Of a stretch of 64,000 nucleotides of DNA, positions 29,108 through 37,937 are shown piece by piece (positions within the stretch are counted from its first letter, which is position 1; every line of letters begins with the position of its first letter). The notes beneath the pieces were generated by a model. That model had not been told where the DNA came from and ran no database searches. It was given only the letters and a program-made list of their open reading frames with translations. Made by a program: the position numbers and the translations under genes. The stretch is from the NCBI GenBank assembly GCA_041690355.1, contig JAWLHK010000007.1, forward strand, positions 1 to 64,000. Reading direction: 5' to 3'. This stretch comes from a bacterium. Its GTDB lineage: Bacteria > J088 > JAWLBW01.

Positions 29108-31797
29108 ACGAAGAGAATCCCCTCGAGCCAGAGCTTCATCTCTTCGAGCCACGGGCGGCCGCGCTCGGTGAGGAAGTAGAAGTTCGTCTTCTTGCCCTTG
29201 CGCTTGGCTTCGGGCGAAATCGACCGCATCTCGAGAATGCCGTGGTGCGTGAGCAGCTTGGTCGCCAGGTCGATGTTGACCTTGCTCGTGCTCTCGGGCC
29301 GCCCGAGATCGCCCTTCGCGTAGAGCAGGCGCCCGATCTCCATGGCCCGCGGCGCGAGTACGCGGGTTTCAACCTTGCCCTCGGCGGCCTCGGCGAGCAC
29401 CGTGACGATGACGACGTAGTAGGATTCGAGAAAATTCAGGTAGAGCTGCTGGAAGATCCCGATGCGGTGGGGGCGGCGAACGCGGTAAACCGCCTCGGCG
29501 CTGTCGAATTCCAGATAGCCCTTCTCCATGAAGTAGCCGAGGGCATCCTGCACCGCCTCGTCGACCCGGGTGTCGTACTTGAGATTGAGCTCGGTGTCGA
29601 AGAGCTCCTTCAAGGTGCGGTAGATCGAGGTGAGATCGTCAAAGGTCGGCGTCCGGTTCGCGCGAAATGCGAGCGCGACGAAGCCGAGCCCGTAGAGGTG
29701 GCCCAGAATGCCGTTCTTGTAGAAGTCGAGGGCAAGGCGGCGTTGCTCTTCGCTGGCGTATACGATCTGGCCGGCGATGTGAATCTCGGTGACGAAACGC
29801 TGGTTCTTGAACAGTTCGAGCGTCTTGTCGGGAGCGAAATCGACGCCGGCGAAATCGGTGGAGAAGCGGGCCCCCTGCGCCTCGAGCGCATCGTAGAGCG
29901 TGTTCACGTTCTCGAGCAGCGCCTCGCGGGCGATACCGCGCTTGTGATGCACGAGGATGGCCGCCGCAACGATCTGAGGGTGCGTGATCGTGGCCACCGA
30001 GCGAATCGTGTTGACGATACGGTAACCCAGCTCTTCGACGACCTCCTTGCGGATGAGCGTCTCGCGGGCCCACTCGCCTTCGGCCTCCTCGGGCACTTCG
30101 CCCGGAAGCGCTTCGGCGGGGACAGCCGCCGGCACGGCGGCCCCAGGCGCCTGCGTACGCTCTTCCAGATACTCGCGCAGCGGGATCGGATCGGCAAACT
30201 GGACGAAGGCGCGGCCATAGTTGGTGCGCACGTGCTTGCTCGCCTTGATGACGCCGACGAAGCTCTCCTTCTCCTTGCTCCCCCCCTGCAGCTCCTTGAC
30301 GTACGAGCTCTCTTCGATGATGCGCTCGTAATCGACCGACACCGGCACGATCCAGGCATGCTTGATGTCGGGGCGCTCGAGCACCGCATCAGCCACCATG
30401 CTGAGCATCCCCAGTTTCGGCGGCAGCATCTTGCCCGTGCGACTGCGGGTACCCTCGATGAAGAACTCGAGGTTGTAGCCTTCACGGATCAGCTTGCGCA
30501 CGTAGGCCTCAAAGACGGTCGCATAGAGCCGGTTTCCGCGGAACGAGCGGCGCAGGAAGAAGGCCCCCGATCCGCGGAAGATCGGCCCCATGGGCCAGAA
30601 GCTGAGGTTGATGCCGGCGGCGATGTGCGGGGGCATCAGGTCGTTGTTGAAGAAGACGTAGCTCAGGATCAGGTAGTCCATGTGCGAACGGTGGTTCGGC
30701 ACCAGGAGCAGCGGCCCCGAGCGGGCGGCCTCGCGCACCTTCTGCAGGCCGACGTCGTCGACGTAGAAGCGATCGTAGAGCCGCTTCCACACCTGGGTCA
30801 GCACGAAGTTGAACCCCTCGAGGTAGGTCATACTGTAGTCGGCGGCGATCTCGTCGAGGTATTTGTACGCCTTCTTCTCGATGCGCTCGTAGTCGACGTT
30901 CTCGTCGCGCGCGATGAGCTTGAGTGCGTCGACGGTGTCGCGCTCCTTGAGAATCGCGCGCAGGATGCGCGCACGCGGCTTGAGCAGGGGTCCGCGGATG
31001 ACCCGCTCTTCGCGGGCGAGAAAGACGCGCAGCGTGCGGCGCAGCTTCTTGGCGAGAATCTCGGGCCGAACTTCGGCCAGCGACTGGCTGAACTCACGCA
31101 GCTCGATGGGCTCGCCGGTCTTGACGAAGGCGCGGCGGTGAAAGCGGATGAAGAGGGCGACCTTGCGGATGATGCCCGGATAATCGCGCTCGCCGAAGAG
31201 CAGATCGAGCGGTCCCTTCTCGAACTTCTGGGGGTCCTTCGTCCACAGAATGAGTTGCGGAAGGAGGAAGATCGGCTCGGGAATCTCCTTCTGCAGGGCG
31301 AAGAGGGCCGACGTCGGATCGTCGGTGGGGGCACGGCCGCCGAACACCTTGCGCGCCCCCGCGAGAAACATGACGGGAACGCCGCCGTTGCGCACGCTGT
31401 CGAGCATGCGTTCAGTGCGCGTGCGGTAGCTTGCCGTCTCGCGCCTGACCACCCAGCGCACGAGCTTGCTCCAGGTGGTGCGAAACAGTTCGCGGCCAGA
31501 CTGGTAGAAGATCGGATGGATGCCGTTTGCGACTTCGGGGGCCGGAAGCCCCAGCTCGCGATGGAGCCAGCTGAAATAGAGAAAGTCGATACCGCTGCGC
31601 ACGCGCATGACGAGCACGACGCGGCCACGCGCCAGATAACTCTGCACCAGGGCGGCGTAGTTGGGATCGACCTTCAGGTACGTGAAGAGCGGGCTGAGGA
31701 ACCCGAGCATCCACTTCACGAAGACGTTCGGCGGCCGATAACCTGTTGGCGCCACTGTACTTTTCTCTTGCACGGAGGAGGGCATCGTACCGGCCAT
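29101..31797 (-). CDS. plsB: Glycerol-3-phosphate O-acyltransferase PlsB
   Basis: NHRSHMDY (HxxxxD), GAFFLRR, FFIEGTRSRTGK; start 31797 or 31785. Confidence 0.88.
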   Translation of the reverse strand: MAGTMPSSVQEKSTVAPTGYRPPNVFVKWMLGFLSPLFTYLKVDPNYAALVQSYLARGRVVLVMRVRSGIDFLYFSWLHRELGLPAPEVANGIHPIFYQSGRELFRTTWSKLVRWVVRRETASYRTRTERMLDSVRNGGVPVMFLAGARKVFGGRAPTDDPTSALFALQKEIPEPIFLLPQLILWTKDPQKFEKGPLDLLFGERDYPGIIRKVALFIRFHRRAFVKTGEPIELREFSQSLAEVRPEILAKKLRRTLRVFLAREERVIRGPLLKPRARILRAILKERDTVDALKLIARDENVDYERIEKKAYKYLDEIAADYSMTYLEGFNFVLTQVWKRLYDRFYVDDVGLQKVREAARSGPLLLVPNHRSHMDYLILSYVFFNNDLMPPHIAAGINLSFWPMGPIFRGSGAFFLRRSFRGNRLYATVFEAYVRKLIREGYNLEFFIEGTRSRTGKMLPPKLGMLSMVADAVLERPDIKHAWIVPVSVDYERIIEESSYVKELQGGSKEKESFVGVIKASKHVRTNYGRAFVQFADPIPLREYLEERTQAPGAAVPAAVPAEALPGEVPEEAEGEWARETLIRKEVVEELGYRIVNTIRSVATITHPQIVAAAILVHHKRGIAREALLENVNTLYDALEAQGARFSTDFAGVDFAPDKTLELFKNQRFVTEIHIAGQIVYASEEQRRLALDFYKNGILGHLYGLGFVALAFRANRTPTFDDLTSIYRTLKELFDTELNLKYDTRVDEAVQDALGYFMEKGYLEFDSAEAVYRVRRPHRIGIFQQLYLNFLESYYVVIVTVLAEAAEGKVETRVLAPRAMEIGRLLYAKGDLGRPESTSKVNIDLATKLLTHHGILEMRSISPEAKRKGKKTNFYFLTERGRPWLEEMKLWLEGILFVY

Positions 31798-31896
31798 TGT
31801 ATCAAGGCGTTGCACGTCCGCCAATTCCTTCACATGCCCCCGGCAGGACACCGAGGCGGTGGTATCGCAGCAGGACGCCGGGTATACTGTGACGTT

Positions 31897-32769
31897 ATGG
31901 GTTCAGAAGGCTACATCCTCACCGAAGACATCCGCGACATCGACGGCAATCCGGTGCTCCCGGCGGGGAGCGTCGTCAACAAGACCGTGCTCAAGAAGGT
32001 CGAGCAGAGCCGTCCGGCGTTTGCCGGCGTCGAACTCAAGACGCGCGTGCTCTATGAGGATTTCGAGTCGCTGGTCGAAGAAGCGAGCTACAAAGCGACG
32101 CTGCCGACGAACGACGTCCGCAACAAGGTTCTGCGCTACCTGGGCCGCATCACGCTCCCCGAGCAGCTGTTCCGCGAGATTGAGCAGATGCGCGACCAGA
32201 GCCTCATCGTTTATCACCACACGCTGGCGACGACCTTTCTGGCGACCCGCCTCGTGCTCGAGTACATCTTCTTCGCCGACGATGTCATCAAGGTCGCCTC
32301 GGCGGCCCTGACGCGCGACGTGGGCATGACGCGGCTCCCCGCCGAGCTGCTCAAGAACACCGACCACCTGTCGAAGCAGGAGTATCACCGCATCAAGCGC
32401 CACCCCATCGTCTCGATGGTGCTGCTCACTCACTACCTGGGCGACGGCCTGAATTCGCTCGTCGGCCTGCGTCATCATGACGGACGCAAGCGCGGGGGCA
32501 ACCCCAGCAAGCTGATGGATCTGATGACGATGGTCGACATCTTCAACGCGCTCATCTCGCCGCGCACCTTCCGCACCCGCGCCTTCGACGTGCGCGGCGC
32601 ATTGGATGTGCTCACCGAGATGGTCAAGAAGGGCGAGATGAACGAAGACCTGGTCAAGCTGCTCGTGGCCACCTACCGCAAGGGAAACGAGCGGGCGCGC
32701 CAGATCGTGCTCTCGGGAGAGAAGCTCGGATACGCCCCGACCGAGAACTTCTACGGCGTGGATTCCTGA
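31897..32769 (+). CDS. HD-GYP-like protein with degenerate catalytic motifs
   Basis: YHHT, ALTRDVG (HD to RD), KRHP, RHHD, GGNP, VDIFNALISPRTFR; it is the 3' part of the 28351-32769 track ORF. Confidence 0.75.
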   Translation: MGSEGYILTEDIRDIDGNPVLPAGSVVNKTVLKKVEQSRPAFAGVELKTRVLYEDFESLVEEASYKATLPTNDVRNKVLRYLGRITLPEQLFREIEQMRDQSLIVYHHTLATTFLATRLVLEYIFFADDVIKVASAALTRDVGMTRLPAELLKNTDHLSKQEYHRIKRHPIVSMVLLTHYLGDGLNSLVGLRHHDGRKRGGNPSKLMDLMTMVDIFNALISPRTFRTRAFDVRGALDVLTEMVKKGEMNEDLVKLLVATYRKGNERARQIVLSGEKLGYAPTENFYGVDS

Positions 32770-32816
32770 CCTACGGATTTTCGGACACACGACGCCGTGG
32801 GTGATCGCTCGGCCGC

Positions 32817-33197
32817 CTATGCCTGCATGGCCCGCGAAACCCGCCCGACGAAGTCTTCGACGCTGAACGGCTTGGTGATGTAGTCGCTCACCCGGCGGAC
32901 CTGGAGTGCGTCCTGGATCTCTTTTTCGCGGATGCGCGCCGAGAGGATGATGACCGGCACGTCGCGGTGCTTCTCATCCTGGCGGATCTGGCCGTAGACG
33001 TCCCAGCCGCTCAGCCCGGGCATCATCAGATCGAGAATCACGAGCGCGAAACGGTTCTCGTTCAGCGCCGACGCGATGTCGGGGCTCGTGTTCGCCTGAC
33101 AGACTTCATACCCCTCGTGCTGGAGAATGCTCGTCACGAGATTGGTGATGCCCGGCTCGTCGTCGATGACGAGTATGCGCTGCCGTGCTGCAGTCAT
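32817..33197 (-). CDS. Single-domain response regulator (CheY-like receiver)
   Basis: ILVIDDE, LDLMMPGLSG, ILSA, YITKPF. Confidence 0.92.
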   Translation of the reverse strand: MTAARQRILVIDDEPGITNLVTSILQHEGYEVCQANTSPDIASALNENRFALVILDLMMPGLSGWDVYGQIRQDEKHRDVPVIILSARIREKEIQDALQVRRVSDYITKPFSVEDFVGRVSRAMQA

Positions 33198-33255
33198 CGC
33201 CTGTATTCTAGCAGGGTCCCGCCCGAATCCAAACCCCGAAATTCCCGCTCCCGGA

Positions 33256-35067
33256 CTAAAGATCTTCGACGCGCCGACGGCTCAACGCGTCATGCACCGC
33301 CGAGTCCATGATCCGCTCGGCGAGGTCGCGCGTCGCGTCGTTGAGTGCGTCATAGGCCCGCTTGATGACGCGGAAGTCTGCGTCTTCGCGCGCGCGACGC
33401 AACGCGGCGACGGCCGCCTCGATCCGTTCCCGCTCCGCCGCCTCGAGGGCGTGCCCTGCGGAGAGCGACTTCTCGGCAGCCCGCAGAAGCGCGTCGGCTT
33501 CGACCTGCATCTCGGCGCGCATGCGGGCGCGGTAATCGTCTTCGGCGTGATCGTAGGCTTCTTCAATCAGACGGTCGACCTCGTCTTCGCTGAGACCGTG
33601 GGCGGGCACGACCTCGACCTGCGCCTGGCGGCCGCTGCGCTCTTCGACGGCACGCACCGTGAGAATACCGCTCTCGTCGACGGAGAACCGGACGCGGATC
33701 TTCGCCATGCCGGCGGCCATGGGGGGAATGCCGCGGAGCACGAAGCGGCCGAGCAGCCGGTTGTCGGCGGCCAGCTCGCGCTCTCCCTGCACGATGCGGA
33801 ACTCGACCGCCGCCTGTCCGTCGGCAAAGGTGGTGAACCGCTCCGCGGCCTCGGCCGGCACCGTCGTATTGCGTTCGATGAGCTTCGCGACGGCGCCGCC
33901 CATCGTCTCGAGCCCGAGCGAGAGCGGAATGACGTCGAGCAACAGCGTGCCCCCGCCCCCGCCGCCGAGTATCTCGGCCTGCACCGCCGCGCCGAGGGCG
34001 ACGACTTCGTCCGGGTCGAGCTCCGTGTGCGGCGTGCGGCCGAAGAAAGCCGCCACCCGCTCGCGCACGGCGGGGACGCGCGTCGAGCCGCCCACCAGCA
34101 CCACCTCGTCGATCTCGGAGGGCTCGATGAGCGCATCGCGCAACGCACGGCGCACGGCGGCGAAGGTCCGCTCGAGGAGCGGCGCAATCGCCTGTTCGAA
34201 GCGGGCCCGGTCGACCCGGGCTTCGATGCCAAAGCCGTCGACCGATAGGCGGAAGATGTCTTCGTTCTGTGCGCTCAGGGCAATCTTGACCCGCTCGGCC
34301 TCGGCGCGCAGCGCCTGGCGCACGAGCGGCGACTGCAGGCGAGGATCCTCGGGGGCGATGGCGGCCCCGGCGAGGACGTCGCCGTAGAGGGCCGCATCGA
34401 AATCGTCGCCGCCGAGAAACGTGTCGCCGGCCGTCGACAGAACGCGGAATACCCCTTCCTGCACGTCGAGCACCGAGATGTCGAAGGTTCCGCCGCCCAG
34501 ATCGTAGACGGCGATGGCCCCTTCCTTCTTCTCGTGAAGGCCGTAGGCGAGCGCGGCCGCCGTCGGTTCGTTGAGGATGCGCAGCACGCGCAGGCCGGCG
34601 ATGCGGCCGGCATCGCGCGTGGCCTGCCGCTGGGTGTCGTCGAAGTAGGCGGGAACGGTGATGACCGCTTCGGTCACCGGTTCCCCCAGCGCCGCTTCGG
34701 CGCGCTCGCGGGCCGCCTGGAGAATCAGGGCCGAAATCTCCTGCGGGGTCGCCAGCCGCTCACCAAGGCGCACGGCGAGCCGCCCGCCGTCGGTCGCGAC
34801 CGTGTAGGGAAGATGCGGGAGCACATCGGCCGCCTCTTCGACGCTCTTGCCCATGAGCCGCTTGACAGAGGCCACCGTGCGTTCAGGGTGCTCCATGCGC
34901 AGGCGGCGCGCTTCGCCACCGACAACCGTGCTTCCGTCGGGAAGAAACGTGACGACCGAAGGGATCAGGCGTTCTCCGTCGGCGCCGGCGAGCACGGAGG
35001 GACGGCCGTCGCGCGAGACGGCGGCCAGCGTGTGGGTGGTTCCGAGATCAATACCGATGACCGGCAC
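33256..35067 (-). CDS. hscA: Fe-S protein assembly chaperone HscA (Hsp70)
   Basis: [47 protein letters not shown] start after AGGAG; isc context. Confidence 0.9.
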   Translation of the reverse strand: MPVIGIDLGTTHTLAAVSRDGRPSVLAGADGERLIPSVVTFLPDGSTVVGGEARRLRMEHPERTVASVKRLMGKSVEEAADVLPHLPYTVATDGGRLAVRLGERLATPQEISALILQAARERAEAALGEPVTEAVITVPAYFDDTQRQATRDAGRIAGLRVLRILNEPTAAALAYGLHEKKEGAIAVYDLGGGTFDISVLDVQEGVFRVLSTAGDTFLGGDDFDAALYGDVLAGAAIAPEDPRLQSPLVRQALRAEAERVKIALSAQNEDIFRLSVDGFGIEARVDRARFEQAIAPLLERTFAAVRRALRDALIEPSEIDEVVLVGGSTRVPAVRERVAAFFGRTPHTELDPDEVVALGAAVQAEILGGGGGGTLLLDVIPLSLGLETMGGAVAKLIERNTTVPAEAAERFTTFADGQAAVEFRIVQGERELAADNRLLGRFVLRGIPPMAAGMAKIRVRFSVDESGILTVRAVEERSGRQAQVEVVPAHGLSEDEVDRLIEEAYDHAEDDYRARMRAEMQVEADALLRAAEKSLSAGHALEAAERERIEAAVAALRRAREDADFRVIKRAYDALNDATRDLAERIMDSAVHDALSRRRVEDL

Positions 35068-35082
35068 GGTGCGGTGACTCCT

Positions 35083-35094
35083 GGGGGGGGGGGG
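35083..35094. repeat. G12/C12 homopolymer directly upstream of the hscA SD
   Basis: Twelve consecutive G on the plus strand. Confidence 0.9.
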
Positions 35095-35154
35095 AGCGGA
35101 AATGCGGCGGCGCACCCGGCATTCAGGGGCGCCGCCGGCGGAATGCGGCGGGCG

Positions 35155-35676
35155 TCAGAGCGCCTGCTTCGAGTTCTGAATTTTCTCCTGCAGCATGAGC
35201 AGCGCATCGAGAACCGTCTCGGGGCGCGGCGGGCAACCGGGGATGTAGACGTCGACGGGAATGATCTTGTCGATCCCCTGCACGACCGAGTAGTTGCGGT
35301 AGAAGCCGCCCGAGGTGGCGCACGCGCCGAACGAGATGACCCATTTGGGCTCGGTCATCTGGTCGTAGATGCGCCGCAGGATGGGGGCCTGCTTGTGGAC
35401 GATCGTGCCGACGACCATGAGCAGGTCGGCCTGGCGCGGCGAAAAGCGCGGCAGGGCCGCCCCGAAGCGGTCGGTATCGTAATGGCCGGCGCTGGTCGCC
35501 ATGTACTCCATGCCGCAGCAGGCGGTCACGAAGGGGTAGTTGAAGAGCGAATACTTGCGGGCCCAGCCGATGGCCGCGTCGAGTTTCGTCGTGACGGCGA
35601 CCGCCTCCTGTCCGGGACGGGCCGGCGTGGCGCCCCCCGACGGGGCCGGGGGCCGCGTGTTGGGATTGGCGAACAT
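35155..35676 (-). CDS. nuoB: NADH-quinone oxidoreductase subunit B-like 4Fe-4S protein, with no other nuo genes nearby
   Basis: [30 protein letters not shown]; all four N2-cluster cysteines present. Confidence 0.9.
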   Translation of the reverse strand: MFANPNTRPPAPSGGATPARPGQEAVAVTTKLDAAIGWARKYSLFNYPFVTACCGMEYMATSAGHYDTDRFGAALPRFSPRQADLLMVVGTIVHKQAPILRRIYDQMTEPKWVISFGACATSGGFYRNYSVVQGIDKIIPVDVYIPGCPPRPETVLDALLMLQEKIQNSKQAL

Positions 35677-35686
35677 GAGAAAACTC

Positions 35687-36280
35687 CTAGACCGCCCGCT
35701 GCATGCATTCGCCCTCGAGGTCGCGCAGCAGCGAGCCGAAAAACGTAAGGCGTTGCAGATGCGCCGCTATCCGCCCGAGCGCTTCAATGCGCCCCGGGCC
35801 GGCAGGCAGCGCGGCGAATTCCGCGTCGATCGCCGCTCGGGCGTCGGCCGCGCGATGTTCCACTTCGTCGCGCACCCCCTGCCGGTCTCCGCCGTCGGCG
35901 CGTTCGCGCAGGGCGAACTGCTCGGCGACGAAACCGGGGTCGGGTTTCAGCGACGCGGGGGCGGGTCCGCCTTCGAGCGCCACCAGCCGGGCCGCGCGCC
36001 GCAGCGGGTCGCGCAGCGTGGCATAGGCGTCGTTGACGAGCGTGCTCAGCCGCCGCGCGGCGGCGGCGTCGTCGGGCCGGCGATCCGGATGCACGAGACG
36101 CGAAGCCCGCAGATAGGCCTTCTCGAGGTCCGGGCGCCGCAGCGCATACGCCCTCGGCAGCCCGAGGATGCGGAAGGGATCGCAATCGGCCACGCCGCGC
36201 AACGGCTGAAGCGCCCCGCAGGCTTCGCAGGCGACCGGGGTCGCGAGCGCGGCGGCGCAGGCAACGCAGGCGCTCATCAC
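35687..36280 (-). CDS. hscB: Co-chaperone HscB (J domain) with N-terminal CxxC...CxxC
   Basis: CVAC..CEAC, HPD motif, [14 protein letters not shown]. Confidence 0.85.
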   Translation of the reverse strand: MMSACVACAAALATPVACEACGALQPLRGVADCDPFRILGLPRAYALRRPDLEKAYLRASRLVHPDRRPDDAAAARRLSTLVNDAYATLRDPLRRAARLVALEGGPAPASLKPDPGFVAEQFALRERADGGDRQGVRDEVEHRAADARAAIDAEFAALPAGPGRIEALGRIAAHLQRLTFFGSLLRDLEGECMQRAV

Positions 36281-36615
36281 TCCACCATGAACGAGGTGCC
36301 GCAGCCGCAGGCCTGCACGACGTTCGGGTTCGAGAAGGTGAATTTACGGTTCAGGACGCTGGTGCCGCCGTAGTCGATCTGGGTGCCGTTGATGAACAGG
36401 TAGCTCTTGCGATCGACGAGCAGCCGCAGGCCTTCGGATTCCTGCACCTGGTCGAATTTCGTCGGCGCCTTGTCGAAGGAGAGGTTGTAGCTCATCCCCG
36501 AACAGCCGCCCCCTTTGACGCCGATGCGCAGGTAGGCCTCGGAGGGTTCGAGCCCCTCTTTCGTCATGGCGTTCCGGATCGTTTCGGCCGCGGCCGCCGT
36601 GAGGGTCACCGCCAT
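36277..36615 (-). CDS. iscA: A-type Fe-S carrier IscA/HesB family
   Basis: GVKGGGCSGMSY, NPN..ACGCGTSF. Confidence 0.92.
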   Translation of the reverse strand: MAVTLTAAAAETIRNAMTKEGLEPSEAYLRIGVKGGGCSGMSYNLSFDKAPTKFDQVQESEGLRLLVDRKSYLFINGTQIDYGGTSVLNRKFTFSNPNVVQACGCGTSFMVE

Positions 36616-36617
36616 GA

Positions 36618-37040
36618 TCAGCTGCCCGCCTTCTCGGCCCGGGCAGAGCCGTGTTTCAGCTTGTAGTCGTCGATGGCCGCCTTGATGGCGTCTTCGGCCA
36701 GCACCGAGCAATGGATCTTGACGGGCGGCAGCGCCAGCTCGGCGTGAAGGTCTTCGCTGCGGATCTCGGCGGCCTGATCCAGTGTGCGCCCCTTGAGCCA
36801 CTCGGTGGCGAGCGAACTGGAGGCGATTGCAGAACCGCAACCGAACGTCTTGAACTTCGCATCTTCGATGACGCCGTCGCGCACCTTGAGCTGCAGCTTC
36901 ATGACGTCGCCGCAGTCTGCCGCGCCGACGATCCCCGTGCCCACCGAGGGGTCCGAGGCGTCGAGGCTGCCGAGGTTCCGGGGGTTTTCTGCGTGTTCGC
37001 GTGCCTTGTCGCTGTCAGCCATGTCAGCCATGTCAGCCAT
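36618..37040 (-). CDS. iscU: Fe-S scaffold IscU
   Basis: ENPRNLG, CGDVMKLQ, FKTFGCGSAIASSS, LPPVKIHC. Confidence 0.95.
   Translation of the reverse strand: MADMADMADSDKAREHAENPRNLGSLDASDPSVGTGIVGAADCGDVMKLQLKVRDGVIEDAKFKTFGCGSAIASSSLATEWLKGRTLDQAAEIRSEDLHAELALPPVKIHCSVLAEDAIKAAIDDYKLKHGSARAEKAGS
37014..37040 (-). repeat. Perfect (ATGGCTGAC)x3 tandem repeat at the iscU start
   Basis: Encodes MAD-MAD-MAD. Confidence 0.9.
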
Positions 37041-37057
37041 GATCGTTTGTCTCTCCC

Positions 37058-37489
37058 TTACGCGATTTCCGATTGCACGCCTCCGAGGCGGATGAACTCA
37101 TCGAGCGTCATGTTGCGCACGAAGTCGACGAGCTGCTGATTGAGCATCCGCATGGAGCTGCGGATCGAACAATGACCGATAAGGCCGCAGCACCCGGTCT
37201 CACGCGCCTCGCAGCAGGGGGTCAGGTTCATGGGCCCTTCGACGGCCGAGACGACCTCGCCCAGGCGGATCTTGCCGACGGCCTGTTCGAGCGTGTAGCC
37301 GCCCGTGGCCCCCCGGCGCGTGGCGATGAGGCCGTTGCGCGCCAGCGACTTGAGGATATTCGCCGTCAACGAGAGGGGAATCGCGTTATGTTCGGCGATT
37401 TCCCGGGCGCTCACCGGCGTACCCGTCTTGCCGTGCATATAGACGAGGGCGATGAGGCTGTACTCGACTTTGCGCGTGACCTGGAACAT
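37058..37489 (-). CDS. iscR: Rrf2 family regulator (IscR-like)
   Basis: EIAE..IP..L, RRGATGGYTL, AVEG, Cys-rich C-terminus; first gene of the isc operon. Confidence 0.8.
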   Translation of the reverse strand: MFQVTRKVEYSLIALVYMHGKTGTPVSAREIAEHNAIPLSLTANILKSLARNGLIATRRGATGGYTLEQAVGKIRLGEVVSAVEGPMNLTPCCEARETGCCGLIGHCSIRSSMRMLNQQLVDFVRNMTLDEFIRLGGVQSEIA

Positions 37490-37492
37490 GCA

Positions 37493-37526
37493 ATTGGCAC
37501 CGTTTTAGTACCATTTCATCATACCA
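37493..37526 (-). promoter_or_regulatory. Extended -10 (TGgTATGAT) plus imperfect palindrome, candidate Rrf2 operator
   Basis: ATTGGCAC-N7-GTACCATT at 37493-37515, between the -10 element and the ATG. Confidence 0.45.
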
Positions 37527-37535
37527 GATCCGCAA

Positions 37536-37566
37536 ATTGACGATTTACGATTGACGATTGACGATT
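37536..37566. repeat. TTGACGA heptamer array (4+ units)
   Basis: TTGACGA TTTACGA TTGACGA TTGACGA TT. Confidence 0.9.
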
Positions 37567-37569
37567 TTC

Positions 37570-37909
37570 AGAAAAAAAACCAGTCTTGTCCAGAATCGGT
37601 TCAGCGCGTGACCGTTCGGCCTGAGGAGCCGGGCCTTGGAAATCGAGGTTCAATTCGGACGGCATCGTCTCGCAAGGTTGTCGGCCCCGGCGTCTCGAAG
37701 GCTCAGAGCCGCATGAACACCGGGATCCAGAGCTTCAGAACACGCAATTGCTGAGGTGGCGAGCAAGATCCTGCAGACATTCTGACCCCTCGACAGGCGG
37801 GGCGACAGGATCAGCGGAATCTCAGAATTCCAGCTGCCATCTGTTCCCTTTCCTGGACAGCACTGTAAAAAACCAGGAAAGAACCAAGGCGGCGCTTGCC
37901 AGGGTCCGC
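37570..37909 (-). pseudogene. Possible decayed four-helix-bundle gene remnant
   Basis: No credible intact ORF; minus-strand fragments ERTL.., DSADPVAPPVEG, DLARHLS, IACSEA loosely echo the family; lies between inverted heptamer arrays. Confidence 0.25.
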
Positions 37910-37937
37910 TCAATCGTCAATTGTCAATCGTCAATCG
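37910..37937. repeat. TCAATCG heptamer array (4 units), inverted partner of the 37536 array
   Basis: TCAATCG TCAATTG TCAATCG TCAATCG; contains the epimerase stop codon. Confidence 0.9.

Noticed and set aside
28351-31896. 1472-aa plus-strand ORF in the track
   Set aside because: Most of it is off-frame to the Cys/Met enzyme or antisense to plsB. Only 31897-32769 has protein-like motifs and its own -10 element.
33256-35067. Hsp70 gene as dnaK
   Set aside because: The isc context with hscB and the [10 protein letters not shown]/HscA-like features favour hscA; no grpE or dnaJ nearby.
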